Shown: positions 1 through 12,780 of the stretch, one piece after another
Position numbering within the stretch: the stretch's first letter is position 1
Layout of the letters: every line of letters begins with the position of its first letter
Assembly: GCA_002104905.1 (NCBI GenBank)
Contig: MCFE01000102.1
Span: 107,614-171,613 of the forward strand
Source: Basidiobolus meristosporus CBS 931.73
Lineage: Eukaryota > Fungi > Basidiobolomycota
Length of the DNA: 64,000 nucleotides
Reading direction: 5' to 3'
Notes under the pieces: generated by a model
Told to the model about the DNA's origin: nothing
Database searches by the model: none
Seen by the model: the letters and a program-made list of their open reading frames with translations, nothing else
Program-made: the position numbers and the translations under genes

Positions 1-420
1 ATCTCATATTCAGTGGGAGTTGTCATCCAGCATAGTCAGAATTAAAGATCTGCTCATTTTGCAGCAGTTATGTGCAATAGTAGATACTTCAGAGGAGCTG
101 TCAATATCTGCTTAAAATATGCCCCAATGAATCCACAACAGGATCTTCTGGAGTACTCTGATGTGGACTATGCAAAAAATCTGGAAGACAGTAGATCCAC
201 AATATTTTACTCCTTCCTTGACTGTAAAGGAGCAATCTCAAGAAATTCAGGAAAGCAACAAAATGTAGCACTTTCCACCACAAAGGCAAAGTATAAGGCA
301 GCCTGTGATGCTACAACAGTGGTGCTGTGGCTAAGAAAGTAAGCCATCAGCTGGAGACAAGATTGAATATCTTAAATCACAATTGGGACTAGTTATTATA
401 AGTATTCAATTAAGTGAGAG
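1..420 (+). mobile_element. Degenerate Ty1/copia RT-RNase H 3' end
   Basis: Translation YSDVDYAKNLEDSRST...CKGAIS.NS.KQQNVALSTTKAKYKAA matches the copia RNase H at 58390-58570. It ends in a purine tract (aagtgagag) just before TGTTG at 421. Confidence 0.85.
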
Positions 421-600
421 TGTTGTAGAATTTGTAATTTGGCCTAAACACTCACCTAACTTAGTTACTCAGATCAATACCTACAAATCTTTACTTAGAA
501 TATTATCACCAGAATATCAGGTACACTAAATATGTGATTTTGATAAGTTGTCCAAGCACTACAAGTGCTTTATATGGGTCTTACTTTAGGGCCAATATTT
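421..600 (+). mobile_element. Diverged copia 3' LTR (right end not defined)
   Basis: Starts TGTTGTA after the PPT. Blocks ctcacctaacttag, ttacttagaatatt, caggtacac and aagttgtccaa are shared with the LTR at 54540. Confidence 0.7.
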
Positions 601-1516
601 AAATATAGTGCCAAATAGTATCAGTGGACCAAGATAGTCCCATGCATCTTTGTGACATGTTACAGACCTCTGCAGCTAGATTCAGAGTGCCACAGGTGTA
701 GAGTACCAAATGCATGTCTTCAGTCCTTCTGTGCTCTTATACATTATGCACATCATAGACCCCCAAAAAAAGATCAAAAAATGGATTTTCTCTGGCACAG
801 TAGGTGAAACACAGGGGCTGCTTGGCATGAAGATGTAGAACTATCTCTCACAATCTGTGGCCAGGTATAGTTCTACTTTGCCTCTCCAGCACATTATGGC
901 ATTATTTGGCACTCATGGCTCAATGTGGCACTATCCAACATAATAAGTCTAATATCTCCAAAACTCTTACAATAGAAAAGCCATGATTTCTAAATGCAAG
1001 TTCAAACCTGTAGTTCCCATATGTGTAGGCTTGTAAGCCTTTTTTGTTGTCACTGATCTTCATTATTGCTGACCAAGTAACACAGTTGGTCAAACAAAGC
1101 TTCCATCAGCTCTTGAGACTGAAGTAAATATGGTGGGCTCTGAGTATTATTTTATGACTAGGAAATCAGTCAATAAGGAGCCATTAACACTGAAGAATTA
1201 AAATGAAGTTGTGAACCATCATGGCTGACATGGTTACTCAGCCAGTTGGCTCAAGTAGGGAAAAACTCACACCTCCGATGTTCTCAACGGTTGTCCATAG
1301 GTCTGTCAAAAAGTTTGATTAGACAATAGAAACTGAGACATCACAAGACAAGGAATTCAATGAAGGGGGACGGGATGCCATGGTTTTAGTGAGCAGGATG
1401 GATGATGAGGTTGGAAAATTTCCATCGATTTCCGGCCACCAATAAATCCGGCTGAATTCAACAGTGGCCGAATAAATTCCCTGGGCAGTACTCCTTTCCA
1501 CCTGACCACCTAGAGC

Positions 1517-3291
1517 ATGCCTGATGAAACGATCACCTTAACACCTTCGGTAATCTCCTCTTTCAAGGTAGCCAGAACGTTTCGGGATGTGACGAGGCCC
1601 ACCACCTCGTTGAGCTTCGATGATCGGGGCGAATTCTGCGTGGTTGCCTCGGCTGATGACAGTATACGCTTATATGATTGCTTGGGAGGAAAGTAAGTGG
1701 CGTTACAGCGTTTCACGAAAGTCCCTCCATCGAAACTTATCCCGCCTCTCTCCCACCATAAGACTTAGCAAGAGCGTTTTCAGTAAACGATACGGGGTTC
1801 ATCTAACTCGATTCACCCACCACCAAAACAACGTGCTTCACTCGTCGACGCGGGAGGAAGGTAAAGATCTTTTTGAGGAAGACTCACTGCACGGTAACTT
1901 ACCAAGAACCCTTACCCTCACCCTAACCCTAGACGCCATCAGGTACCTCTCGTTACACGACAACAAGTACATTAGGTTTTTTCGCGGACACAAGCGTCGG
2001 TAAGGAGCTTTAATTGGAAGAGCGTTCTGGAGTGACCGACCCCGCTTACGCACTTTTTTTCATATCAGAGTGGTAGCGTTAGACATGTGCCCGCTGGACG
2101 ATCAGTTTCTCTCCGGTAGCTTGGATGGCACCGCACGTTTGTGGGACTTACGCACGCAGAATTGCTCGGTCAGTGTCCCCGCCAATAGCTGTTCTTGATC
2201 AACAAGGGGGCTGACTTCTTTCGTCTCTCTAGGGCGTAGTGAAAACAACCGGCCGCCCTTGTGTCGCGTTCGACCCCTCTGGAGTGATCTTTGCCACGGG
2301 CTTGGAATCCTCCACCATCCGACTGTACGATTTAAAGAATTATGACAAGGTAAGTTGGGGTTACCACCCTTTCCACCTCCTTCACACTGTTCGACCATGT
2401 CGTCGACTCACATGAATTCTTTTCTGCAGGGCCCCTTTGCCACATTCCTAACCCAAGAGGTATTGAGCAAAATGAACGGATATACTCCAGCGGAATGGAC
2501 CTCAATCAAGTTTAGCCAGGACGGGGCATTCCTCCTGGTGACCACCACCGGAGATGTTCATTATGTGCTGGATGCCTTCAACGGGGATATCAAACACCAA
2601 TTAACTGGCCATCATCGACTAGGCATTGATGGTGGTGAGGAAGCAGGGTTCAGCCCCGATGGCAAATCCGTCTATTCAGGTATTGTGAATCGTCCACCTC
2701 CCCCCTTCACCACCGCACCTCAATTCCAACTCTTTCTACTTTCAATAGGATCTCACAACGGGGCCATATGCTTCTGGGATCTACAGAACCCTGCGCCGAA
2801 CGGCCGCCCGGCGAAAACCCTGCCCGGCCACGTGGCGCCGGCCAAAGTGGTCGGATTCAACCACCAGTACGCGATGATGGTTTCCGCGGGAATGAACTGT
2901 GAAATGGTAAGTGACGAGACGAAGAGAAGTGAATTGATGTGAAGCGAATCGACCCAAGTTCCCCATCGCTTCCAAGCTATGAAGATTGGATGGTTTTATG
3001 AAGAGTCGTAGAGCAAGCCAGAGGCCAGTCGATTCGTGAATCGACTGGACTTGACCAGGGCAACCGACATTTCATTGAACTCGTATCATACGTCGATTTC
3101 GTCACGGTTACCCCGCGTAATGGTGGCGATCTCTTCAGAAGTGACCTTGATATGATGCTGAAATGAGACAAGCCATCGCTCGTTCCCCTCCCACGTTTTC
3201 CTGAATCCCACTAACTTTCCCCTACTATTCACAGGCTTTCTGGGAACCTGAGATTAGGCCCCTGGGCTTTGGTGATCGTGACCGTAGGTAG
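1517..3291 (+). CDS. SWD2: WD40 protein Swd2/WDR82 (COMPASS/CPF subunit), multi-exon
   Basis: Spliced peptides [22 protein letters not shown]...[48 protein letters not shown] and a final AFWEP exon. GT-AG introns. Confidence 0.9.
2980..3173 (+). ncRNA. Possible structured intronic ncRNA (snoRNA-like) in the last SWD2 intron
   Basis: Intron 2907-3234 is about 4x longer than the other introns. It has a perfect hairpin at 3025-3048, nested stems catttca/tgaaatg and gtatcata/tatgatgc, ATGAAGA and CTGA motifs, and ACA at 3168. Confidence 0.3.
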
Positions 3292-3817
3292 ATGACTTCG
3301 CCACGCCCTCTCCCTCCCCCCTCCAGCCTCCGCACCCAACTAATCGCAATTCTCTCGGAGAATCTGAGCACACCATCTCACATTGGGCATATACCTGATA
3401 CATCTCATAGAAACCTCCTGTATTCATATCTAATAAATCACCCTCGAGGTCACTTGTCGATTAAAGTTAAGCCGGAATGGGACGATGCATTATGGACCAG
3501 GTGAAACCCACGGGTAGCATTGAATCAGCTTGACTCATCCGTAAATGAACACACCATTGGCACGTTGATCCGATATCGATCTGTCAACCCATCCACCATT
3601 TTCACATGGGCCATCATCCGGTGGATTCAGAGAGGGTGGGTGGGTAGATGGGAGGTCGGTTGACCACGATTCCCTTCGGAAGCTTCTTATAGTCCTTAGC
3701 GACCTTCGATTCACCGCAAACCACTACCACTCTGGTCGTTTCCATCCCTTGGCTCAGAGTTCGTTAGGCCAACCAAACTGCGACAGCATTGCTGAACTTC
3801 CTCTTACTGGACACCCC

Positions 3818-5687
3818 ATGCTCCGAAACCCTTTTCCCCTTTCTCTCAAGCCTCTCGCCCGGTCCGCTTTGCGGGCGTCAGGGTCGGGCCGACTAAACGC
3901 CTACCGAAGACAACAGCGAGTCTGCCTCTCCGCGTGTGCCGTCAACAACGTAGGCGGTTCAATTTTGCATCCAACTCACCTTCCCGTCACAGAATCTCAC
4001 CTTGCCAACGTTGAGCTAGAGGCTGAAAGCCCAACCGTCACCGGAGCCGAAACCGAAGCCGGCCTTCTCCAAACACGACGAACGGGTAAGTGCCACGTCG
4101 CGCTCCAAGGCCCCGTTCCTAACCACTGATCACTTGAAACAGGACCTCATCTACGAGGTATTGAGCACTGTACCTAGCCAGCGTGAGGCAAGACACTTCT
4201 TACGTCGGTTCGTGAACAGTCAGGAGGGAGAGGTGAAGAAGAACCAACGGCCGAAGGAGTACGTGGAGTCGCTGCTCTCCCGTGAGAAGGCCAATTTCCT
4301 TGGCCTGATCAAGATACAGCCCCCTTTTACCGAAGGATTGTTTGACACGGTGGCGCCCACCCTGGTCCACCTGAAACGTTTAGGCTTGATGCCGATCGTG
4401 CTGCTAGACCATGACCTCGAGGAGGTCGAACCCTCCGTTCAGCAAGGGGAGCTCGAGAAGCTCGACCACAGAAAGAGACGGGCTCTACAGGAGGCTTTGA
4501 AGCTGGTGGACGCCATCGAACACGCTGGGGGCAGAAGCCGGGTTCTGGACGACCAGGTTTTCTTCCTCAGCCAACGCGGTCAAACACGGTCCAGCGCAGA
4601 CGCCCCTTCCGACATCATGCTCAATCCAAACGACCAGGAGGATTACGTTACGGCCCAGCTGAAGGGGGTGTTCAAATCCTTGGAGATTGGTCAGATCCCA
4701 GTGATCGTCCCCATCGGCACCACCGACACCTCCATCTCCAAACCGGTCAAATCGGACCCTGCCATGATCGCATTGTCCCAGGCGCTGGGGCGGATGCAGA
4801 GCGTGGAGATGGACTCCCATACATCCGTCAAGCTGATGATAATCAATCAAGATGGCGGGATCCCCTCACCACAGCACCACGGTGCCATCGGATTCATCAA
4901 TCTTAAGGACGAATACTCGGAGATCATGGCCAACTTGCAAACAGACTCCACCAATCCATCCAGACGCCATGTCACCACACTAACCATGATCAAACAGAGC
5001 CTGGAGAACCTCCCGGTGGACAGCTCGGCCATCATTGTCCCCGCCAAATCCTCCCGCCTGTTGATCTCGAACTGGATCCGAGACAAGCCGCTCTACTCCG
5101 CCGGTCAGCCCAAGTCCCAGCAGGCGCAGGTGAACTCGAGTGTGATCCGACGCGGGTTCGAGGTGAAGATCTATCGGGGCCTGGAGGGGCTGGACATCGA
5201 GAAATTAAACAACTTGCTGGAGCTGGCCTTTGCGAAGCCGTTGGACAAGAGTGGCTTCTGGAAACGGGTGGAAACATGCCTGTCCTCGGTGATCGTCGCG
5301 GGAGATTACCAGGGAGCGGCCATTGTGACCAACGAGCACCAGACCCATCCGTATTTGGACAAGTTCGCGGTGGATCCGAAGAAGCAGGGTGGCGGGATTG
5401 CCGATATATTGTGGAAGAAGCTGACCTCGGCTTATCCGGAGCTAACCTGGCGGAGCAGAAAGGACAACGGGGTCAACAAATGGTAATCGGCACTTGCATC
5501 CCTGAATGAATACGTGCTCACCATTGAATGATCTAGGTACTTCGAACGCAGCGATGGAAATGTACGAATTCCGGATACCAACTGGGTGCTGTTCTGGTAC
5601 GGAAGAAATGGAATTGACAATTTAGACGAGTATTACAAGATAGCTAAGGAGATTCCACCCTCATTCCACAGTATGAAACACAAATAG
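3818..5687 (+). CDS. ARG2: Mitochondrial N-acetylglutamate synthase
   Basis: Arg/Ser-rich presequence, VLSTVPSQREARHFL, AAK-like domain and C-terminal NAT (DUF619) motifs YLDKFAV...GIADILW...WRSRKDNGVNKWYFERSDG. Two introns. Confidence 0.9.
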
Positions 5688-5915
5688 CATGCAGTACGCG
5701 ATGATGTATTCGTGATACCCAATGTAATGTAATATATATTAGTAAAACCGCCGTCACATGGAATCCCATTGGCCCGTTAGTCATTGCGGAGAAATCCCAG
5801 AATCATCTGTTCGGAACGGCTTGGCAGGTCAATAGGGTGTCGGTAATTGGTGTAGCATGTAGCGATGAGGAGAGAGCTGCTGGATATGAACTGCCTCAAC
5901 ATCCCGATCTAATGA

Positions 5916-5951
5916 ACCGTAATCTACCGTAATCTACCGTAATCTACCGTA
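5916..5951. repeat. 10-bp tandem repeat (aatctaccgt)x3
   Basis: Read directly from the sequence. Confidence 0.9.
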
Positions 5952-6171
5952 GCATATTTCCTGCATCGATTTTCCGCTGGCCATCCGATTTTGGAAACGC
6001 CGGGTGTCCGGCTTTAGAATTCCCTCCAGAGAAAGGGATTTTTTAAGCGGGACTCGGGTTTCACACCGTGTGATTGGTAAGCGACGACCGGACCGACAAT
6101 ATATATACATGTGAAGAGCGCACCAGAGCGACCACTTCAATTGTACAGTTCATATTTTAATTCCCTCCCCA

Positions 6172-6714
6172 ATGGATTTTCGCAAAGTTCGTAGATGGGT
6201 GTCCAACCCCTTCGGTAGCAACCCGGAGAAAAGTCGGTTTTACAAGGCGAGAAGAGCAAATACCGACGAGCGAAGAAGAAACACAATCTGTTTAGATTCC
6301 CGCCCGATCGCTGATCGTGGCTCAGTCGACCTTCCCCGGCCCGCGCCCATCATCATCCCTAATCCCACCCTTATTCCCTTCAACGAGGCAATCAGTCGGT
6401 CCTCGACCTCCTCCAGCCACCAAAGCCCACTGGCTACGCCCACCCCGACCGCCCCACCCAACTCCCCCGTCGACAACCTCGAACACATCTTTCAGCTTCC
6501 CATCTCCAGCCAAAGCCACCTGGAGAACCCCAGCCGTACCCACGGCTACAAAACCAAGTTCTCTGGGAAACTCAAACGCATGAAGGGCATGTTGACGGGT
6601 GATTGGGAGATGCAGCTACGCGGTGAGATGCAGCTTCTGGATGGTGAAGCAGAGATCACCGCATACCGCCTGTTGAAGCATGGATATCAACCTAATGAGA
6701 TCGTCTGCGGATAG
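6172..6714 (+). CDS. Hypothetical 180-aa Ser/Pro-rich protein
   Basis: Single ATG-initiated ORF with protein-like composition. No recognised domain. Confidence 0.55.
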   Translation: MDFRKVRRWVSNPFGSNPEKSRFYKARRANTDERRRNTICLDSRPIADRGSVDLPRPAPIIIPNPTLIPFNEAISRSSTSSSHQSPLATPTPTAPPNSPVDNLEHIFQLPISSQSHLENPSRTHGYKTKFSGKLKRMKGMLTGDWEMQLRGEMQLLDGEAEITAYRLLKHGYQPNEIVCG

Positions 6715-7108
6715 ACAATGAATGGATGGGATCATCGTTGCCGCCTACATCTTCCGTATCATATTCCGTTACTATTACCATTACCATTACCATTACTTTT
6801 ACTACTTCCACTTTAATATAATGTAATCTTCCTCCCACCGCCGACTAATTAGAGCCATTTATTGGAACTTTCTGTGCTGTAATATACGTTGTCATGTATT
6901 GTTTAATTGCTTTCGTCATAGTAGGTAGGCATCACTGAGCCCACTGGAATGTATCTAAATAAAGCACCGATCTATACATACGTCGCGTGGGGAATGGTTT
7001 GGAGGGATCGTTCGTTGCATAGAGAAATAAGGTGGCAAAGTCTATGAGTGGCTGTACAGGAATATTATTAACAGATTGAGTGATGGGTAGGGTTCAGCGG
7101 AAGCGCGG

Positions 7109-9779
7109 TCAACGTCTGGCATTGTAGAGTTGCCACGGCTGGGGTTGGACTTGGGCTTGGGACGGTAAGCCATACTTTGTTGCTTGGATGGTGGTTGGTG
7201 GCATTGGCTGATACTGTACTGGGGCGAAATCTGCGATCTCTTGGGGAGCGAAGAGCGGCAGGTTGCCAGGCACAAACCCTCGTGGCTGTTGCGAGAGATC
7301 GGTTTCTTTTTTGGGCGATAGCGGCAAGGTCAGTGCGGAAGGAACATGGGAACCTTGATTGTTGAGAGCGACTGGGGAGCAAATGTTTCTAGAGTATTCG
7401 CCGACATACTCGTTCCACTCGTCGAAATTAAACGACAGTGGGACGTTCCATATAGGGGCGCCGCTAGTGTGGTCAAGCTGATTCATAAGGTGCTGATTGT
7501 TGACGGTCATCTCGCTTAATGTATTGGAGGGGGCGCTCGGGTCGAAGCCGACATTGGTGATTGTCTCGAAGGCGGCCTGCAATCCGGATAACCTTGTTCC
7601 TTCGATCTGGTTGTAGGCATTCTCCTGAACGAGAGTAGGCTCTAGATGGAGAAGAATTGAGTTGCAAAGTCATATCAGCCAATTCGGATCAATCTCAGTA
7701 CCTTTAACCGTTGGAATATTGGTTTCCTCTTGCTTCAAGCGATCAGCCGTTGGGATGGGGCCTGGGATGTTTGCCGAGCCATGGGGAATGGAATTGGGAA
7801 TAGGGCAAGTCACGTAGCCCAAAGAGGGAGTCTGGTTTGCTGGAAGAGGCCCTTCGCCGGGGTATTTTGGTTGGCTTGCTTTGGCACCTTGCAAATCTGC
7901 ACTTGAATCAAGATCAGAATAAGCGGGATCTTGCTCAATCACTCCTTCCAAGGTGATGTTCCTCGCTATCAAGAGCTCCCTTATAACGATGTAATACTTC
8001 CCAGCGCTGCCCCATCGTTTGCGGATCTTGCTCAGAAGAGACATGTTCTTGGAGAGGTTTTTCTTGGCCAAGCTCTTCAGCTGCTCATCCTTCGTCGTCA
8101 TGTTTGCCAGATGAACGGTGGCAGCAGTAAAGATCGGAAACAACACAAATACCAGGACCTCTTCAAGGCCGGATTCCCCTGAACACATATGGGTGATGGC
8201 GGTTATACTGTTGGCTGACGTGGTACAGATTTGAAGCGATGGATATGGTGTAGCGCACACCTTGGAGTTCGGGTTGGGGATATAGGGCCGATGGAGCAGA
8301 ACAAGAGCGCTGTGGTAGAGAACATGGAGATAAACAATAACATTCGAGGCAGGCTTCTTCCCGTTGAAGTATTGCTGTGGGTTGTACTGGAGGTCGGGCG
8401 GTAGCTCAACAAGCCATTTATGTAAAGCAGAGTCGAGCTCAAGCAGAATCGCCTCACTCTTGAATGGGTTCTGCGTAGGGTGGGTTCGAATGGCATAGAC
8501 ATTGTTCATGATCCGACCGAAGATTTCGTGCAGCTTGATCACCTCCACAAACACATCCATACGGGTGCCGGATTCACACAGCTCCTCAGTGGGTATTTGA
8601 GGGAAGGAGGTGTCGCAATGTCGATCATCGATACACAATGGCCGGCCCATAGAGGCGCTAGCGCTGCGGTCCATCACGTAGCATGACCACCAGGTCCTCT
8701 TTCGCGCTTCCTTTACCGAATCCGACAACGTTTTGATCTGCCACCGATCGGGGTTGCGGTGCAGGCCCAGATCTTCCGCAAGTCGTATGGCCATCCCGCT
8801 ATACACCCAGGATTTCATGCTTCCGTGTGTGATATGGAAGTAGTGCGACAACAAAACCAGGGCCTGAACGTTTTGAAGGGAGGTCACATCATACGACTGA
8901 TCCAGCAATCTCTTGGCTCGTTTGTAGAAGATCTCCGAGCGAGCGTTCTCCTTCTCCAGCCACCGCGCTTCGGACGAGAGGTTCGCAGCCAAGGCAAACA
9001 TGGCGTTAAGCAGCAGTAGGGGAAGCTCCTGTGCGTCGTTTCGGAGCTTCGCCGCGAACTCCTCTTTGTGCAATAACGGGATGATCGGATTAATATGCCT
9101 GAAGTAGATTTCTATCAAATGATCGAACACCGAGGACGATGGCTAAGACGAAAGGATTCAGCTCAGTATCCTTACTGTCGGGTGGGGATTGGGTTAGAGG
9201 CTTCATACGGAACAGGCCATCTTGATATTTGGCACTGTTTTGCAAAAGGTAAAACCCGGAGCTAAAACCCATGTACCGCACCCTTCCTTGGTCTTCTAGA
9301 GTTAGCTGATTCGCCTCGTCGCTCAGTGCCTCCATGACAAGGTCCCAAACGCCTCTGCCTTCGGTGCTGCTGGCACTGGACTTCTCCGACTGGGTGATGG
9401 TTTTCAACCTCTCTTCGTCCCTCTTGCGAAGTTCGTGAAACTCCGAAGGCCTGGCACGACTTGCCAGACGCAAACGAACATCGTCTAAGCCTTCGACCTT
9501 CTGAAGCTCATTCAGAACACATTCAGCAGCGCGTGGGTCGCTCTGGACCAAGCCACTCAGCAGATGTTCTAATCGATGAAGTTTGTTTTCGATGGCTTCT
9601 ATGTATCCTTTTGGAGGGCCTCTCTTCCTGGTTGTTTCCAGATATGTACAGTCGAGGGATAAGGCACCGCAGTTCGAACAGGTGGGCTGTAGGCCATCGC
9701 AGCGGACCTTTTTCCGTCGGCAATTATCACAGGCTTTGCTGACTCGCTGTCGCTTTTGAGCGTCTTCTGGAAAAGACAT
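7109..9779 (-). CDS. Zn(II)2Cys6 transcription factor with fungal-specific TF domain
   Basis: RVSKACDNCRRKKVRCDGLQPTCSNCGALSLDCTY, YFRHINPIIPLLHKEEF and EARKRTWWSCYVMDR. Two introns. Confidence 0.93.
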
Positions 9780-10510
9780 TTCAAAGCTGCTAAACGGACA
9801 ATTTTAGGGATGAGGGGTAGTGTGCTAAGTTCTGGGGAAACCGGTGAAATAGTGGTGGTCTATGAGGAGAGAAAGGGAGCCCACCCATGACCCAATTCGC
9901 TTAAATAAAGCGGATATCAGGATGTGCATGTGGGGATATCCAGTAATACGAAACCGAATCATTTTGGTGCCCATATATACACCCATACATACACCCATAT
10001 ATACACTCATACATACTCACGAGGTCCGACTTACAAATACACTTGATATAGATGGCTCGATTATCGGGGTCTTTCGAATCCTTCTCAGCACATCATGCTT
10101 TGAATGGAGATCTGATTTCACTAATCCCAAGGAAGCTATGTCTGGGATATTTCATGGCCCAACAAGGCAGTTTGGCTTCATCCATCTGCCCTCTATGATG
10201 GAATGCACGTAACACAAGGATGATGAAACCACCTCAGCTTTCCAATAGGATTTGATCATTTGATCTTGCCCACGGGCTAGTGATATTTGCAATTGTGCTG
10301 AGCATGCGAATATTCCCGATGATCCATGCAAGGTCCTATTTGGGCAGTGGACTGTTGAAATGGTTTATTGAGTTGCTAGGTCTATTGAGGGTCTAGGATT
10401 TCCTGGTAACAAGTGGCTAGCGGTTGATGTCCATCCAGGAAACGTAGCGGGAATTGGCATAGCCTGGTTGTGGCCATTAAATATTACAGCAGATATAGAC
10501 ACGCCTCCTC

Positions 10511-12780
10511 TTAATTGTAAAGCGGAGTTGCTGTTCGATGGCTTTGGGCTCTAGAGCCGAGGTTAGATAAGAGACAGTTTTCACAGCAGATTAGGTGGTT
10601 GGTTTCGCTAAACGGCATCTCGGCGCCGATCACCTTTTTACATATTCCACAGAGAAAGCACTGAATGGTGAGTTAGGGTCAAGTGGTTAGAGGGCAAGCA
10701 TGTATCCATCAGTAGTTATCTCACATGTACGAACCCCACAATGATATGTCAAAGGGCCTCGGGTTACATATGGCCCATTGATCTGCTCCTGGCATGCTTC
10801 ACAGAGGGGTCTTTGTACGCACTAGGAACAGTCTTGGTTAGCTTATTCGCGACGTCGCCCGCTGGTGCATCTTACGAACCTGTAAATGATAGGGCGCGCC
10901 ATCCTTGGTTACGAACGCCCCATCCTCGAACTCCTCATAGCACAAAGCGCAAGTAAAGCAAGAAAGGTGATATCTCGAACCGTCGGCCAGTTTCAACCAG
11001 GATTCTCCAATAGCCTTGGCGCACTTGCTGCACCTGTAGGCATTGGATGGATTGGATATAGAGGCGGAGCTTTTCACCTCGGGAGTGCACTATAGATCGG
11101 ATGTTAGCCAGAAAGGGTGGTGGGATCATGGTCGATGGCGTTCGTGCTCTACCTTACGATGATAGAACTTCCCACTGAAATTGATGTACAACCCATCTTC
11201 GAATTCCAAGTTGCACCCTTCACAAACAAAACACTCTGGATGAACAGCCTCTCCTCCAGGCAAGCTGTACCACGAGTTCCGAATTGGATCGCTACATTTC
11301 TGGCAGACTGTTGATTTGGAGATATGACTGCCAACATCCTTCAGCTTAGAGTCGCTTAGGGGTGCTTTGTGTTGGGGTTTGCAAGATGAACCGATGTCAT
11401 GTTCAAGTTTAGAGTCACCTGGAGGGGTTTCGAGCCTGGGTTTTGTACATAAATCGGTATTCCGGTCAAACTTGGTGTCACCTTGGGGTGCTTCATATTT
11501 GGGTTTAGAGGATGAATCAATGCTACGGTCAAACCTAGAGTCGCTTGAGAGTGCTCCGTGCTTGGATTTAGAATGCGAATCGGCATTGTGGTCAACTTTC
11601 AAGTCACTTCGGGGTGCTTGATGTTTGAGTTTCGAGGATGAATCGAAGCTGCGATCAAGCGTAGATTTGCATGTCTGGTTGGCCCGATGCCTTTTGAAGA
11701 AGTCGGATTGCGCAAAGGTACGAGCGATATTGATACTGGTGGAAGCAGCCGGGTATGCCTCCGGCCTTTTGTGGTCGAACAGCGAAGTAACTTTGGAGGC
11801 AACCTGCTGTTCTTGTGTGGGGCCCTGAGAGGGCAGGAATATGGAATGAGGTGAGGATGCAGAATGAAGTGCTTTGAAGGCAGGCGAGGAGCTGTACTCA
11901 TTGGCTGGCGTTTTGTGAGGAATACTGTGCCTCGTGGATGTACTGGAGGTATACTGGTTACGGTAGAAGCGGCCGATCTAATTGTACTGGTTGATTTGCT
12001 AGGAGAAACGCTTGAAGATCGTAAGCCACTCTGTGTTACCTGAGTTGAGGAAAGAGCGGCCTCTCTATGGGGGAAGTTCTGATGTGCGGGCGAGGGACTG
12101 AGGGATTTTGATGGGCTATTTGACATGAGGCTGGAAGGGGTTGTTTTGATAAATCGATACAGTGCCTCTGGCTTTGGTCTTTGTTTGGACTCGGCGGGTT
12201 TGCTGGTTCGCTTTGGGTTGAACCGCATTGTCGATGGAGGGGCAGTTCGAAGTCGTGCGTTTGGTTCTGAATGATTCTCCGAGAATTGACTCAATCGCGA
12301 GGGAGCCGGCGACAAGGAATACAGGGAGCTGGAGGTGGAGCATGTGCTCTCGTGAAAGCCTGATTTCACAAAGCATCCATCACAGCATGGCAGTCCTACC
12401 ATATCTACCAAGGGGTCCTCGATCAACATCCCACAATGACGACATTTCAGGCAGTCCTGATACGAATTTGAGTATTCTGTGGTGGCACGGCTGAAGAGTG
12501 TACCAATGATTGAAACATACTTTGTGCCAAACCTTCCGCTTGTACTGGAACAAAGGGGCCCCCCGTCGACCACACCATGCAGTTGCATTCTTCGCTAATG
12601 ATGATTAAATATGAGAGCCGGCACCTAATCTATTTGGTGGAGGCTGCACCCACCATTGACCCTTTCCATACTCCTGTATGTAGCACTCGTTACACTGTTG
12701 TGGGCCGTATTTTCGACTGTTTAGCAACGGCTCCTGGTACTGCATAATGGTAAGAGTCAATGACAAACGTTCCAAGCTCA
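10511..12780 (-). CDS. Multi-LIM-domain protein (5' end uncertain)
   Basis: Repeated CxxC...HxxCxxCxxC motifs, e.g. CQKCSDPI...HPECFVCEGC, CSKCAKAI...HLSCFTCALC and CEACQEQI...CFLCGICKK. Confidence 0.8.
11342..11656 (-). repeat. Five 63-bp (21-aa) coding repeats inside the LIM gene
   Basis: DRSFDSSSKLKHQAPRSDLKV / DHNADSHSKSKHGALSSDSRF / DRSIDSSSKPKYEAPQGDTKF / DRNTDLCTKPRLETPPGDSKL / EHDIGSSCKPQHKAPLSDSKL. Confidence 0.85.

Noticed and set aside
1905-1930. Telomere-like cccttaccctcaccctaaccctag
   Set aside because: It lies in the pyrimidine-rich acceptor region of an SWD2 intron and has only one exact unit.
9970-10018. 12-bp atatacacccat-type repeat, and (TTACCA)n near 6775
   Set aside because: Ordinary simple-sequence repeats in non-coding DNA.
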